64,000 nucleotides of DNA from Camelus ferus. Its lineage: Eukaryota. The stretch covers positions 59,832,001-59,896,000 of the forward strand of contig NC_045696.1 of assembly GCF_009834535.1 (NCBI RefSeq), read 5' to 3'. Position 1 is the first letter of the stretch; every line of letters starts with the position of its first letter. Positions 51,663 to 64,000 of this stretch are shown here, piece by piece. The notes below the pieces were generated by a model that was not told the DNA's origin, did no database searches, and saw only the letters and a program-made list of their open reading frames with translations. The position numbers and the translations under genes were made by a program.

Positions 51663-54600
51663 CCTCCAGCTTTACTCTTTCTCAAAATTGCTTTGGCTAT
51701 TTGGGATCTTTTGTGGTTCCATACAAATTTTAGGATTGTTTGTTCTATTTCTGTGAAAAATGCCATTGGAATTTTGATAGGGATTGCATTGAATCTGCAG
51801 ATTGCTTTAGGTAGTATGATCATTTTAATAGTATTCTTTAGAAACCTGAGTATGGAATGTCTTTCATTTATTTGTGATCATCTTCAGTTTTTTTCATTGT
51901 GTCCTATAGTTTTTAGTGTACAGGTGTTTCACCTTCTTGGTTAAATTTATTCTTAGGTATTTTGTTCTTTTTGTTGCAGTTATATTTGGCATTGTTTTCT
52001 TAATTTCTCTTTCTGATAGTTTGTTTTTAGTATATAACAATACAATTTTGGGGGTATATTTTTGTATATTGATTTTGTATTTTGCAATTTTACTGAAGAT
52101 TGTTTGTTACTTCTAACAATTTTTAGTGGAGTCTTTATGGTTTTCTAAATATAAAATCATGTCATCCACTTGTTACTTCTTCCTTTCTAATTTGCATGCC
52201 TTTTATTTCTTTTTCCTGCCTAATTGCTTTGACTAGGGCTTCCAATACTGTGTTGAGTAAAAACTGACAAGAGTAGGCATCTTTGTCTTGTTTCTGATCT
52301 CAAGAGAAAAGTTGTCAGCTTTCACCACTCGATATGATGGTTAGCTGTGGGCCTGTCATATATGACCTTTATTATGTTGAGATACGCTCCATCTCTACCC
52401 ACTCTGTTGAGAGTCTTTATCATAAATGGACGTTGTGTTTAATGCTTTTTCTGCATCTGTTGAGATGATCATATGATTTTTATCCTTTGTTTTGTTAATG
52501 TGGTGTATCAACTTCATTGATTTGTGAATGTTGAACCATCCTTGCATCCCTGGGATAAATCCCACTTGATCATGGCTTATTGTCCTTTTAATGTATTGTT
52601 GAATTTGTTTTGCTAATATTTTATTGAGGATTTGTGCATCTCAATTCATTAGGAATTGTTGGCCTCCACTTTTTGTTGTTGTTGTTGTGTCCTTATCTGG
52701 TTTTTGTATCAGTGTAATGCTGGCCTTGTAAAATGAGTTTGGGAAGATTCCTTCCTCTTCAGTTTTTTGGAACAGTTTGGGAATAATAGGCATTAAAATC
52801 TTTTTTGAATGTTTAGTAGAATTTACCAGTAAAGCCATCTGGTCCTGGACTTTTGTTTGTTGCAGGCTTTTAAAAATTATTATTACTGATTCATTCTTTT
52901 TACTAGTAATTGGTTTATTCAGATTTTCTATTTTTTCATGATCAGACTTGGAAGACTGTATATTTCTAGGAATTTATGCATTTCTTACAGATTATCCAGT
53001 TTGTTGATGTGTAATTCTTTATAGTAATCTCTTATGATCCTTTGTTATTTCTTTGGTTTCAGTGTTAATTTCCTTTTTCATTTCAGATTTTGTTTGAGCC
53101 CTCTCTTTTTTTCTTGGTGAGTCTAGTAAAGGATTGTCAATTTTGTTTGTCTTTTCAGAGAATCAGCTCTTAGTTTCATTATTTTTTTAAATCATCTTTT
53201 TGGTCTCTTTTCACTTATTTCCACTCTGATCCTTATTATCTCCTTCTTTCTACTAACTTGGGCTTCATTTGTTCTTTCTCTAATTCCTTTAGGTATAAAG
53301 TTGGGTTGTTTATTTGAGATTTTTCTTGTTTCTTTAGGTAGGCTTATATCACTATAGACTTTTAGAACTACTTTGCTGCATCCTATAGATTTTGGTATGA
53401 TTTCTTTCCATTTTTATTTGTCTCAAGATATTTTTAAAAATTTCTCCTTTAATTTCTTCATTGATTCATTGGTTGTTCAAGAGCATATTTAATATTCACA
53501 TATTTGTGATTTTTCCCATTCTGTGTGTGTGTGTAAAATTGATTTCTAGTATCATGCCATTGTGGTCAGAAATGATATTTGATATGATTTCAGTCTTAAA
53601 TTTGTTGACTTGTTTTGTGGTCTAGAATGTGATCTATCCTGGAGAATGTTCCATGTACAGTTGAGAAGAATGTGTATTCTGCTGCTTTTGGATGGAATGT
53701 TCTGTATATATTAAGTCCTTCTGGTCTAGAGTATTCTTGGTTGGAAGTGCTTTCCTTTGAGCACTTTGAATATATGATGCCACTTCCTTCTGGCCTGCAA
53801 AGTTTCTGCTGAGAAATCTGTTGCAAGTCTTACGGGGGAGTGTGGGGAGGGCAGATTCTCATGTTCATAACAAGTTGTTTTTCTCATGCTGCTTTTAAGA
53901 TTCTCTCCATGTCTTTAATTTTTGACATGTTAAATTATAATGTGTCTTGGTTGAGGTCTCTTTGAATTTATTTTGTTTGGAACACTGAACTTCCTGGATC
54001 TGGATGTCCACATCCATCCCCTAGTTAGGGAAGTTTTCAATCATTATTTCTTAAAACAAGTTTTCTCCCCACCCCAACTTTTTTTCTCTCTTCTTCTGGG
54101 ACCCCCTGTACTTTATAATGTGAATGTTATTCTGCTCGATATTATCTGCTAGGTTCCCTAGGCTATTTTCACTTTTTAAAATTCTGGTGTTTTGTTTTGT
54201 TTATTGCTACTCTGGATGAATTCCACTGCCCTATTTTCCAGATCACCAGTCTTTTCTTCTGCTTCATCTAGTCTGCTATCAAACCTCTCTAGTGTATTTT
54301 TCAGTTTAGTTATTGTATTTTTCAGCTCTGTGATTTCTCTTTGGTATATTCTTATATTTCTATCTCTTTGTTGAAGTTCTGTGTTCATCTATGTTTTTCC
54401 CAAGTTTTATGACCATTGCTTCGAATTATTTGTCAGGTTAATTACTTATCTCTGTTTCATTAAGGTTTTTTCACTGGAATTTTATTTTTTACCTTTGTTT
54501 GGAACACATGTCTGTTTCCTCCTTTTGCTTGACTCTGTGTTTGTTTCTATGTGTTAAGTGTTACAGTTATCTCTTCCTGTCTTGAAAGGGTGGTCCTGTG

Positions 54601-55492
54601 TAGAAAATGAACCTTACTGTTTAATGTTGCCCTGGTTCATGTATTGTATCTCAAACTGTCTCTTTGATTGTTTCAAACCTATGGGACCCAAAAATATAAA
54701 CCCCCAGGCCACCAGAACACAGTACCTGAGTGTTGTCCCCTTTTTGAGCTGTGTGCCCACTGGCTCTGGCATGTGTCCACATCTCTGGTGTGGCTGCAGG
54801 AGCAGTGCTGGGGACCAGGCTGTAGCAGCAGCATGTGGAGGTGGTCACCTGCCCCCTCTGGTCGGGCTGGGACAGTGGCTCTCAGAGAGGAGCAGGTGCT
54901 AGCAGGTTAAAATAAAAGTGTGAAAATGGTACCTGCCAGTGCCTACATACCTGGAGAGAGGCCTAACAAGCTTTTGTGTCTCTAGTAGACACTTTAAGGT
55001 TAGCAAGTGATTCTACTTCATGTATGGTCTAGACTTTTTTCAAACTGCTTCTTTTAAAAGCTGGGTCCCAGGGTGAGTGAGTCTGCACACAAGCCATTTA
55101 AGAGTAAGTCTCCATTCCCTACATGCATATGGTTTTCCTGGGTGTAGACCTTTTGGTTTTCAAAGCCAGGTGTTTTGAGTGTTCATCTCTCTGGTGCAGG
55201 TCCCAAATCTTAGGGTGACTGATATGGAGCACAAACCCCTCGCTCCTCATGGAGAAATTCCATATTTGTGAGGGCCTGCCTGGTTATGGGTTGCTGCAGC
55301 AGGATGGGGTTTTTGGCAAGACTGCAACTCTAAGTCTCCCACCCATCTCTATGTGCCCTTGTATCTGTTGTTGTCAAGTAGCTGTTCAGCTAGTTCTCAA
55401 GTTCTTTTCAGAGGGGATTGTTCTATAAGTAGTTGTAGATTTATTGTGTCCACAAGAGAAGGTGAGTTCAGGATCTTCTTACATCCCCATTT

Positions 55493-58400
55493 TTGTTGTC
55501 TTTCCTTTTGGTGTCAAATCCAAAAACTCATTGCTAAGACTGATGTCAAGGAGCCTACCACCTGTTTTCTTCTAGGAGTTTTATGGTTTCAGGTTTTATA
55601 TTCACGTCTTTAGTCCATTTTTGAGTTAATTTTTGTGTGTGGTGTAAGACAGAGGTCTAGTTTTCCCAAAACCACTTTGTTGAAGAGACTGTCCTTTCCC
55701 CTTGGTATATCCCTGGCTCCTTTGTTGTAAATTAATGGAACAATAATGCTTAGGTTTATTTCTGTGCTTTCTGTTTTGTTCTGTTGACCTATGAGTCTAT
55801 TTTTAATGCTAATACCATACTGATTTTTTTGTAATAGACTTTATTCTTTTAGAGCAGTTTCAGGTTCACAACAGAATTGAGCAGAAAATAGCCCTCCCCA
55901 CCCACACATACATACTCCCCTACCCTCAACATCCCTCATCAGTGTGGCGTATTTGGTACAATCGATGAACCAACGTGGGCATATTATTATCGACCAAAGT
56001 CCATAGTTTACATTAGGGTTCACTCTTGATGTTGTACGTTCTACAGGTTTTGACAAACGCATAATGACATGCAGCCACCATCAGTATACTATCATATAGA
56101 ATAACTTTATTGCTCTAAAAATCCCTTGTGCTCCATCTATTCATTCCTCCCTCCCTCCCTTTCCCCAGACCCCTGGAAGCCACAATATTTTATTGTTTCT
56201 GTAGCTGTGTCTTTTCCAGAATGTCATATGGTTGGAATCGTACAGTTTGTAGCCTTCTTAAACTGGCTTCTTTCATTTAGTAATATGAAAAACTTTTAAG
56301 TTTCTTCTATGTCTTTCATGGCTTGACAGATTTTTTTTTTATTGCACATATATTTTTAAATTTACATATATGTACTGTTCATTGTCTCTAAGAACGTTTA
56401 GAGCTTTAGGTTTTTAAACTTACATAGTTATCAAAGGAATAATGCCAACCACAAGATAAGAATTAATTCAAGAAGATACATACACCCTACTATTAACAGC
56501 AACATGATTTATAATTGCCAAGATATGGGAGCATCCTAAGTGCACATGAAGATACAGCATGTATACACACACACATACATATACATGTATTGAAATACAG
56601 CTCACCTATAAGAAAGAAGGATATTTTTGTCATTTGCAGCCCTTCATTCACCTTTTTGTTACTTCAAAAACCAAAACTTTATAACTGGCAGAGGCATTTC
56701 CATTACATCAGAAACAACAAAATACCTAGAAATAAACTTAACCAAGGAGGTTACCTATACTCTGAAAACCGAAATGACACAAAGAAATGGAAAGATTTCT
56801 TGTGCTCTTGGATTGGAAGAACCTATACTATCAAAATGGCCAAACTACCCAAAGCAATCCACAGATCCAACGCAACCCTCTTCAAAATACTCACGACATT
56901 CCTCACAGAAGTAGAGCAAACAATTCCAAAATTTATAAGAAACACAAAAGACCTTGAACAGCCAAAGCAATTTTTTGTAGGTCTCTCTCTCTCTTGTTTT
57001 TTTTCTCTCTCTCTCTCTCTCTTTTTTTTTTCCTCTTTCTTCTTTTTGTTCTCTTTTCTTCTGGTTTGATAACTAGAGAAGTTCCTTTAACATTTGTTGT
57101 AAAGCTGGTTTGGTGGTGCTGAAATCTTTTAGCTTTTGTTTATCTGTGAAGCCTTTTTCTGCATCAAGTCTGAACAAGAGCCTTGCTGGATAGAGTATTC
57201 TTGGTTGTAAGTTTCCTCTTTGCATCACTTTAAATATATTGTGCCACTCCCTTCTGGCCTGTATAGCTTCTGCTGAAAAGTCAGCTGATAACCTTATGGG
57301 AGTTCCCTTGTATGTTATTCATTGCTTTTCTCTTGCTAATTTTAATATTTTCTCCTTATCCTTAGTTTTTGTCAGTTTGATGACTGTGTGCCTTGGTGTG
57401 TTCCTTTTTGAGTTGATCCTGTGTGGAACTCTCTGTGCTTCCTGGACTTGGGTGGCTGTTTCCTTTCCCAAGTTGGGGAAGTTTTCAGTGATTAGCTCTC
57501 CAAAAATTTTTTCAGGTTCTTTCTCTCTCCTCTTTCTGGGACCCCTATAATGCAAATATTAGAACACTTCATGTTGTCCCAGAGTTCTCTTAAACTATCC
57601 TCATTCCTTTTTATTCTTTTTTCTGTTCTGAAGTAATCTGTCTTCCACTAATCTGTCTTCTAGCTCACTGATCCATTCTTCTGCCTCATTTATTCTATTC
57701 TTGGTTCCTTCTAGTGTAGTGTTCATTTCAGTGATTTTATTCTTCAACTCTGTTTGGGTATTCTTTATATTTTCCAACTCTTTGCTAAAAACTTCACTCT
57801 GTGCATCTATACTCCTCTTGAGGTCTCTGAACATCTTGGCCATCATTACTTTACACTCCTTCTCAGATAAATTGCCTATCTCCTCATCACTTATTTCTTC
57901 TTCTGGGATTTTATCTTGTGCTTTGGCCTGGGAAATATTCCTTTGCTGCCTCATATTGTCTATCTTTCTATGTGTTTGTGGATTCCTTCCACAGACTTTG
58001 GGATTATTGTTTTCTTATTTCTAGTATCTGCCCCTGGTGGATGAGGCTGAACTAGAGGCTTATGCAGATTTCCTGGCAAGAGGAGCCAGTGCCTGTCCAC
58101 TGCTGGGTGAAGCTTGGTCCTGGACCTCTGGTGGGTAGAGCTGTGTCTAGAGGCCTTTTGTGGCTTAGGGAGTCTGCTGATGAGTGGGGCCTTGTTCCTA
58201 CCCTGTATGTTGTTTGGCCTGAAGCTTCCCTACAGGCTGTTGGGTGGGGCTAGGTCTTGGTACTAATGATCCAATCAAGATGTCACCCTCCAAGAAAGTT
58301 CATGTAGGTTAACACTCTGCCACAAACTTTTATGTCCCCTGAGTGAGCCACAGCCATCCCCCACATCCCCAGGAGACCCTCCAAATCCAGCAGGCAGGTC

Positions 58401-59224
58401 TGGCCCATGTTCCTATGAAATCACTGCCTCTGCCCTTGGACCTGGTGCACGTGAGTTTCCATGTACGCTTCTCAAGCAAATGGAGTCTCTGTTTCCCCCA
58501 GTCCTGTGAGGCTCCCAGAGCCAAGCCCCGCTGGCCTTCAAAACCAGATGTCCTGGGGTCTCCTTCTCTTCCCAATGCTGGGACCCAAGCTGGGGAGCCT
58601 GACGTGGAGCTTAGAGCTCTCACTCCTGTGGGAGGGCCTCTGCGACTTAACAAATCTTCAGCTTGTGGTTCGCCCACCTGGAGGTTATGGGGCCCAGTTA
58701 TATCATGAACACGCCCCTCCTACCATCCTGTTGTGGTTCTCTCTTTATATTTCCAGTTGCAGAAGATCTTTTTTGCTAGGTTCCAGTCATTTTTCGCTGG
58801 TTGTTTAGCATTCAGTTGTGGTTTTGTTGTAGTCGCTAGGAGAGGCAAGCTTGTGGTCCTCCACTCTGCCATCTTGACTGGAACCAATACCATACTGTTT
58901 TGATACTATAACTTTGTGATATAGTTTATAATAATGGCGTTTGATGTCACCAGCTTGATACTTCTTCCTCAAGATTGTTTTGGCTATCCACGGTCTTTTG
59001 AGGTTCCCTACAAATTTTAGGATTGTTTGCTATAACAATTAATTCTTCCAATACATGAGCAGGGAATATCCTTCCATTTACTTATGTCATCTTTTTTTTC
59101 TTTTAATCAGTGTCTTAATAGTTTTTAGTTTACAGGTCTTTCACTTCCTTGGTTAAATTTATTTGTAGGTATTTTATTTTTTTTGATGCAATTGTAAATG
59201 CAATTGTTTTCTTAATTTCTCTTG
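55493..59224 (-). mobile_element. Host L1 ORF2 fragment split in two (55493-55822 and 58886-59224) by a later insertion
   Basis: Antisense ORF2 sequence is collinear across the insertion (...ctaataccatactg | ttttgatactataac...) and parallels 51165-52010. Confidence 0.75.
55823..58885 (-). mobile_element. Composite L1-derived element: 5' UTR + ORF1, inverted ORF2 pieces, different L1 3' end, A tail
   Basis: TSD aataccatactg at 55811 and 58886; ORF1 remnants (ORFs 57319, 57601); plus-strand ORF2 remnant (ORF 56515). Confidence 0.75.
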
Positions 59225-59231
59225 GAAACTT

Positions 59232-61808
59232 TTTTAAATTGAAGTATAGTTAATTTACAATGTTGTGTTAGTTTTAGGTGTACAGCAGAGATTCAGCTTT
59301 ATATATATGTATGTATATATTCCTTTTCATATACTTTTCCATTATAGGTTATTATAAGATACTGAGTATAGTTCCCTGTGTTGTATATAGTAGGTCCTTG
59401 GTATCTGTTTTATATATGGTAATGTGTATATGTTAATCCCAAACTCCTAATTTATCACTCCCTGATCACTGCTTTCCCCTTTGGTAACCGTAAGTTTGTT
59501 TTCTATGTCTGTGAGTCTGTTTTTGTTTTGTAAGTTCATGTGTATCATTTTTTTAGATTCCACATATAAGTGATATCACATGATATTTGTCTTTGTCTGA
59601 CTTACTTCACTTAATAATGATAATCTCTATGCCCATTCATATTGCTGCAGATGGCATTATTTCATTCTTTTTAATGGCTGAGTAATATTCCACTGTGTCT
59701 ATAAATACCATATCTTTATCTGTTCAACTGTTGATTGATACTTAGGTTGCTTCTATGTCTTGGCTATTGTAAGTAATGCTGCTTTGAACATTGGGGTGCA
59801 TGAATTGTTTTGAATTAGAGTCTTCTCTGAATATATGGCAAAGAGCAGGAGTGCAGGGTCATATGGTAACTCTATTTTTAGTATTTTAAGAAGCCTCCAT
59901 ACTGTTCGCCATAGTGGCTACACCAATTTACATCCCCACCAGTGTATGGGAGGGTTCCTTTTTCTCCACACCCTCTCCAGCATTTATTATTTATATACTT
60001 TTTAATGATGGCCATTCTGACTGGTGTGAGGTGTACTTCATTGTAGTTTTGATTTTCATTTCCCTGATGATTAGTGATGTTGAGCATTGTTACATGTGCC
60101 TGTTGGCCATCTGTATGTCTTCTTTGGAAAAATGTCTGTTTACTCTCGCCCATTTTTTGATTGGGTTGTTTTTTTCATACTAAGCTGTATGAGCTGTTTG
60201 TTTATTTTAGAAATTAATCCCTTGTCAGTAGTATTGTTTGCAGATAATTTTTCCAGTCCGTAGTTTGTCTTTTTGTTTTGTCAGTGATTTCCTTTGCTGT
60301 GGAAGTGCTTTTAAGTTTAATTAAGTCCCATTTGTTTATTTTTGTTTTTATTTCCATTAATCTAGGAGAAGGATCCAAAAACGTATTGTTGCAGTTTATG
60401 TCAAAATGTATTCTGCCTATGTTTTCCTCTAGAAGTTCTATAGTATCTGGTCTTATATTCAGGTCTTTAATCCATTTTGAGTTTATTTTTGTATATGGTG
60501 TTAGAGAATGTTCTAATTTCATTCTTTTACATGGAGCTGTCCAGTTTTCCCAGCATCACTCCTGAGGAGACTGTCTTTTCTCCATTGTATATTCTTGCCT
60601 TCCTTGTTGTAGATTAATTGACCATAAGTGCATGGGTTTATTTCTGGGCTGTCTGTCTTGTCCCATTGATCTGTGTGTCTGTTTTTGTGCCAGTACCATA
60701 GTGTTTTGATTGCTGTAGCTTTGTAGTGTATAGTCTGAAATCAGGGATCATGATTCTTCCTGATTCTTCCAACTCTGTTTTTTCTCCAGGCTGGGTTTTT
60801 TTGTGTGTGTTTCCAAACAAATTTTAAAATTATTTGTTCTAATTTTGTGGAAAATGCCACTGGTATTTTGATAGGGATGGCATTGAATCTGTAGATTGCC
60901 TTGAGTAGTATTGTCATTTTAGCAGTATAGATTCTTATGATCTAAGAACACGGTATCATCTTCAATTTCTTTCATCAGCATCTTTTAGTTTTCAGTGTAC
61001 AGGTCTCTTGCCTCCTTAGGTAGGTTTATTCCTAGGTACTTTATTCTTTTTGATACATGCAGTGGTAACTGGGATTGTTTCCTTAATTTCTCTTTCTGAT
61101 ATCTCATTGTTGGTGTATAAAAATGATGTATATTAATTTTGTATCCTGCAACTTTACCAAATTCATTAATGAGTTTTAGTAGTTTTCTGGTGACATCTTT
61201 AGGGTTTTCTACGTATAGTATCCTATCATCTGTGAACAGTGACAGGTTTGCTTCTTTCTAATTTGGATTCTTTTTATTTCTTTTTCTTGTCTGATTGTTG
61301 TGGCTAGGGCTTCCAAAATTATGTTGAATAAAAGTGGTGAGAGTGTGGGCATCCTTTTGTTCCTGATCTTAGAGAGAATGCTTTCAGCTTTTCACAACGT
61401 TAACTGTGGGTTTGTCATATGTGGCTTTTATTATGTTGAGTTATGGTCCTTCTATGCCCACTTTCTGGAGAGTTTTTATCATAAATGGGTGTTGAATTTT
61501 TATCGAAAGCTTTTTGTGAATCTACTGAGATGATCATATGGTTTTTATTCTTTAATGTGGTGTATCACAATGAATGACTTGTGGATATTGAAAAATCCTT
61601 GCATCCCTGGAATAAATCCCACTTGATCATGGTGTACGATCCTTTTAATGTATTGTTGGAGTCGGTTTGCTAGTATTTTGTTAAGGATTTTTGCATCTGT
61701 GGTCATCAGTGAATTGACCTCTAATTTTCTTTTCTTGTGATATCTTTGTCTGGTTTTGGTATCAAGGTGATGGTGGCCTTGTAGAATGAGTTCAGAAATG
61801 TTCCTTCT
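59232..61808 (-). mobile_element. Younger 5'-truncated L1 (~2.6 kb: ORF2 3' part and 3' UTR)
   Basis: LTPYTKINSKWIKDLNIRP and [12 protein letters not shown]...[11 protein letters not shown] remnants; candidate TSD gaaactt(t/c)tt at 59225 and 61809. Confidence 0.88.
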
Positions 61809-62160
61809 GAAACTTCTTAATTGAAGACTTGTTCAAGAAAGTAAAACTAGCAAGGTGATACAAAGATTTAGACACTCAAAGCATAATGAATTAGTAAGGG
61901 AGACTGTGAAGCCTGGGGGTCATACTTAGTCTTTCAGGGTCAACATCATAGCCTTTTCTAACACATTCCATGTTGCCCTCAGAGCAGCCCTGAGTCTAGA
62001 GAATAGGTTTATTCTTCTGCTTTTATATTTAAATTTGTAAACTGGGATTTGCAGAGAGGGTAATTTAACCAAAAGCTTTTATATCTTTCTGATCAGGTTT
62101 GAGGCTGTACCCTGCTGGGTTATTATTGTATTTATGTTAAGTTATTTATATATCAATTAA

Positions 62161-62415
<255 letters not shown>

Positions 62416-63011
62416 TAGACTTGAATATTCTTCACAGGTCCTTTAAGTTATTATGGCTTGTGGAATTTGTTAACTGTTATAAATTACACCTTCCTTTCCT
62501 TTAGAGTCTGGGGTGAAATTGCTTCGTATTAATTAAGTAATGAAAAAAGTGCTTTTTTGTGCACCAAATTTATGAAACCCAGCATTTTCACCAGCACTTC
62601 CCTGATCAGCAGAATGTTCTAAGAGCACTTGCTTTCCTAGTGTATTTATATTTAAACTGCATGAATAGAAATGCATGAAGAAAAATCATTTTCTTAAAGC
62701 AGTATAAATGTCACATGAAATTACAAATGGAGATTTTTTTTTTCATGGGTCTGTGGCAAAAGGTTACCAGATAGTTGTTTTAAACATGTAGGCTGCTTTA
62801 AAACTAAAATACTCCAACCTAAAAATACTGGAAATGATTTCCTATTTGATGATGTTAGGGAATTACTGGGGTTTTATGTGTTGTTTTATGTTGGTGTGAT
62901 ACTATTTTGTTACTTTTTTTTTTTGAAAAGAGTTCTTTTTACAGTTGTATTCTAAAATTTTTTATGATGAAATCATATGTCTGGAATTTGCTTCTAAAAA
63001 TAACAGGGGCA

Positions 63012-63165
63012 GGGAGGAGGGTATAGCTCAGTGGTAGAGTGCGTACTTAGCATGCGTAAGGTCCTGGGTTCAATCCCTGGTGTGGTACATCCACTAAAAG
63101 TAATAATTAAATAATCCTAGTTACATTACCTCTGCCCCCAAAATAAAAATAAATGAATAAATAAA
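63012..63165 (+). mobile_element. tRNA-derived SINE (Vic-1-like) in UMPS intron 2
   Basis: gggtatagctcagtggtagagtgcgtacttagc...gggttcaatccc with A-rich tail. Confidence 0.85.
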
Positions 63166-64000
63166 AATTACTGGAGGATGGTGGGAGTGGAGTTATAGCA
63201 GAAACAAGATTGCCCATGAGTTGTTAACTGGCAAGGTGTTGTATTTGTGGGGGTTTGTTATTCTGTTTTGTCCATTTTTGTTTGGTATTATCTATTATAA
63301 AAAATTAGAAAAATATTTTTGCTGCTTAGTGGCACAGTGTTTATATGAATCCCTGCCATAAGGAAACTTATTTCTATTTCTGTATTGTATGTCTTCAAAA
63401 ATGTTAAGATCTTAGAATAAGATCATTAATTGTTAAATATACCTATAAATACAGTTCTAAGTTCTGGTCTAAGCTGATTCAGTTAAACTTGCCAGTTCTT
63501 CCAGGGAAGGAAAGGATTTAAAGGGAAAGGGATGGGACAGGGCAAAGGTGGTACCTGTGAAAAGGCTCCAAGAGTGGGCAAAATGCCCACTAATTCTATT
63601 TCTGTTTAAAAAAGCAAATTTGGCAGTAGAAGATATAAAACTGAGTCTCTGAAAACAGGAGTCCACATCCTGAGTTATTTAGTTTGTAGATCATCTGAAA
63701 ATGGTCTGTAGTAGGGGGTTGGAGTGGGAAAGTGTATCTAGTCACACTACATTATATAATTCATAAAGTTACAGTGACTGATCTGAGTGGTTTTTAAACA
63801 TTTTCACTCCTGAATTTATGTTCTCACAAGGCCAGTCGTTTGATCTTGAATAATGAAATTGCTTGTTAATGGAAAGAAGCATGCTTTCATTGGTGATAGT
63901 GGGCTATGCTTTATTTCATAACTTGCGTTGATCTAGGTGGTCTTCCCTTAAGAAACCCCATATTTGATATTTTGATCATAAACACATTAAGTGGTATTTA

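Larger units (their letters stand above)
49895..55492 (-). mobile_element. Decayed L1 with 5' UTR, partial ORF1, ORF2 and 3' UTR; internal deletion near 53725; interrupted by two SINEs
   Basis: Minus-strand remnants [59 protein letters not shown] (ORF2) and ELKNTITKLKNTLE (ORF1). Confidence 0.88.

Noticed and set aside
56515..57069. 184-aa ORF as a novel gene
   Set aside because: Frame-scrambled L1 ORF2 remnants running into a CT/T simple repeat

Overview
Mammalian genomic DNA, probably camelid (inferred from Vic-1-like tRNA-derived SINEs and the L1 3' end style). The + strand carries the last 13 coding exons of KALRN (kalirin RhoGEF kinase: post-GEF2 linker, SH3, Ig, FN3 and Ser/Thr kinase; 582-39262). 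I spliced these by hand at GT-AG sites into one open frame of 752 full codons plus stop. A probable ~6.3 kb 3' UTR follows, then a CpG-island promoter and coding exons 1-2 of UMPS in tandem. UMPS intron 1 (14.6 kb) holds ~12 kb of nested, mostly antisense L1 sequence and SINEs. I found no convincing new gene system. The best leads are a TSD-bounded 3.06-kb composite ORF1-only (HAL1-like) retroelement in UMPS intron 1 and an intronic stop plus poly(A) cassette after the KALRN SH3 exon (Kalirin-9-like isoform). Smaller leads are a 28-nt frame-critical microexon and a probable lost NAGNAG acceptor. Repeat family names and comparisons to human/rodent are from memory, not database searches.
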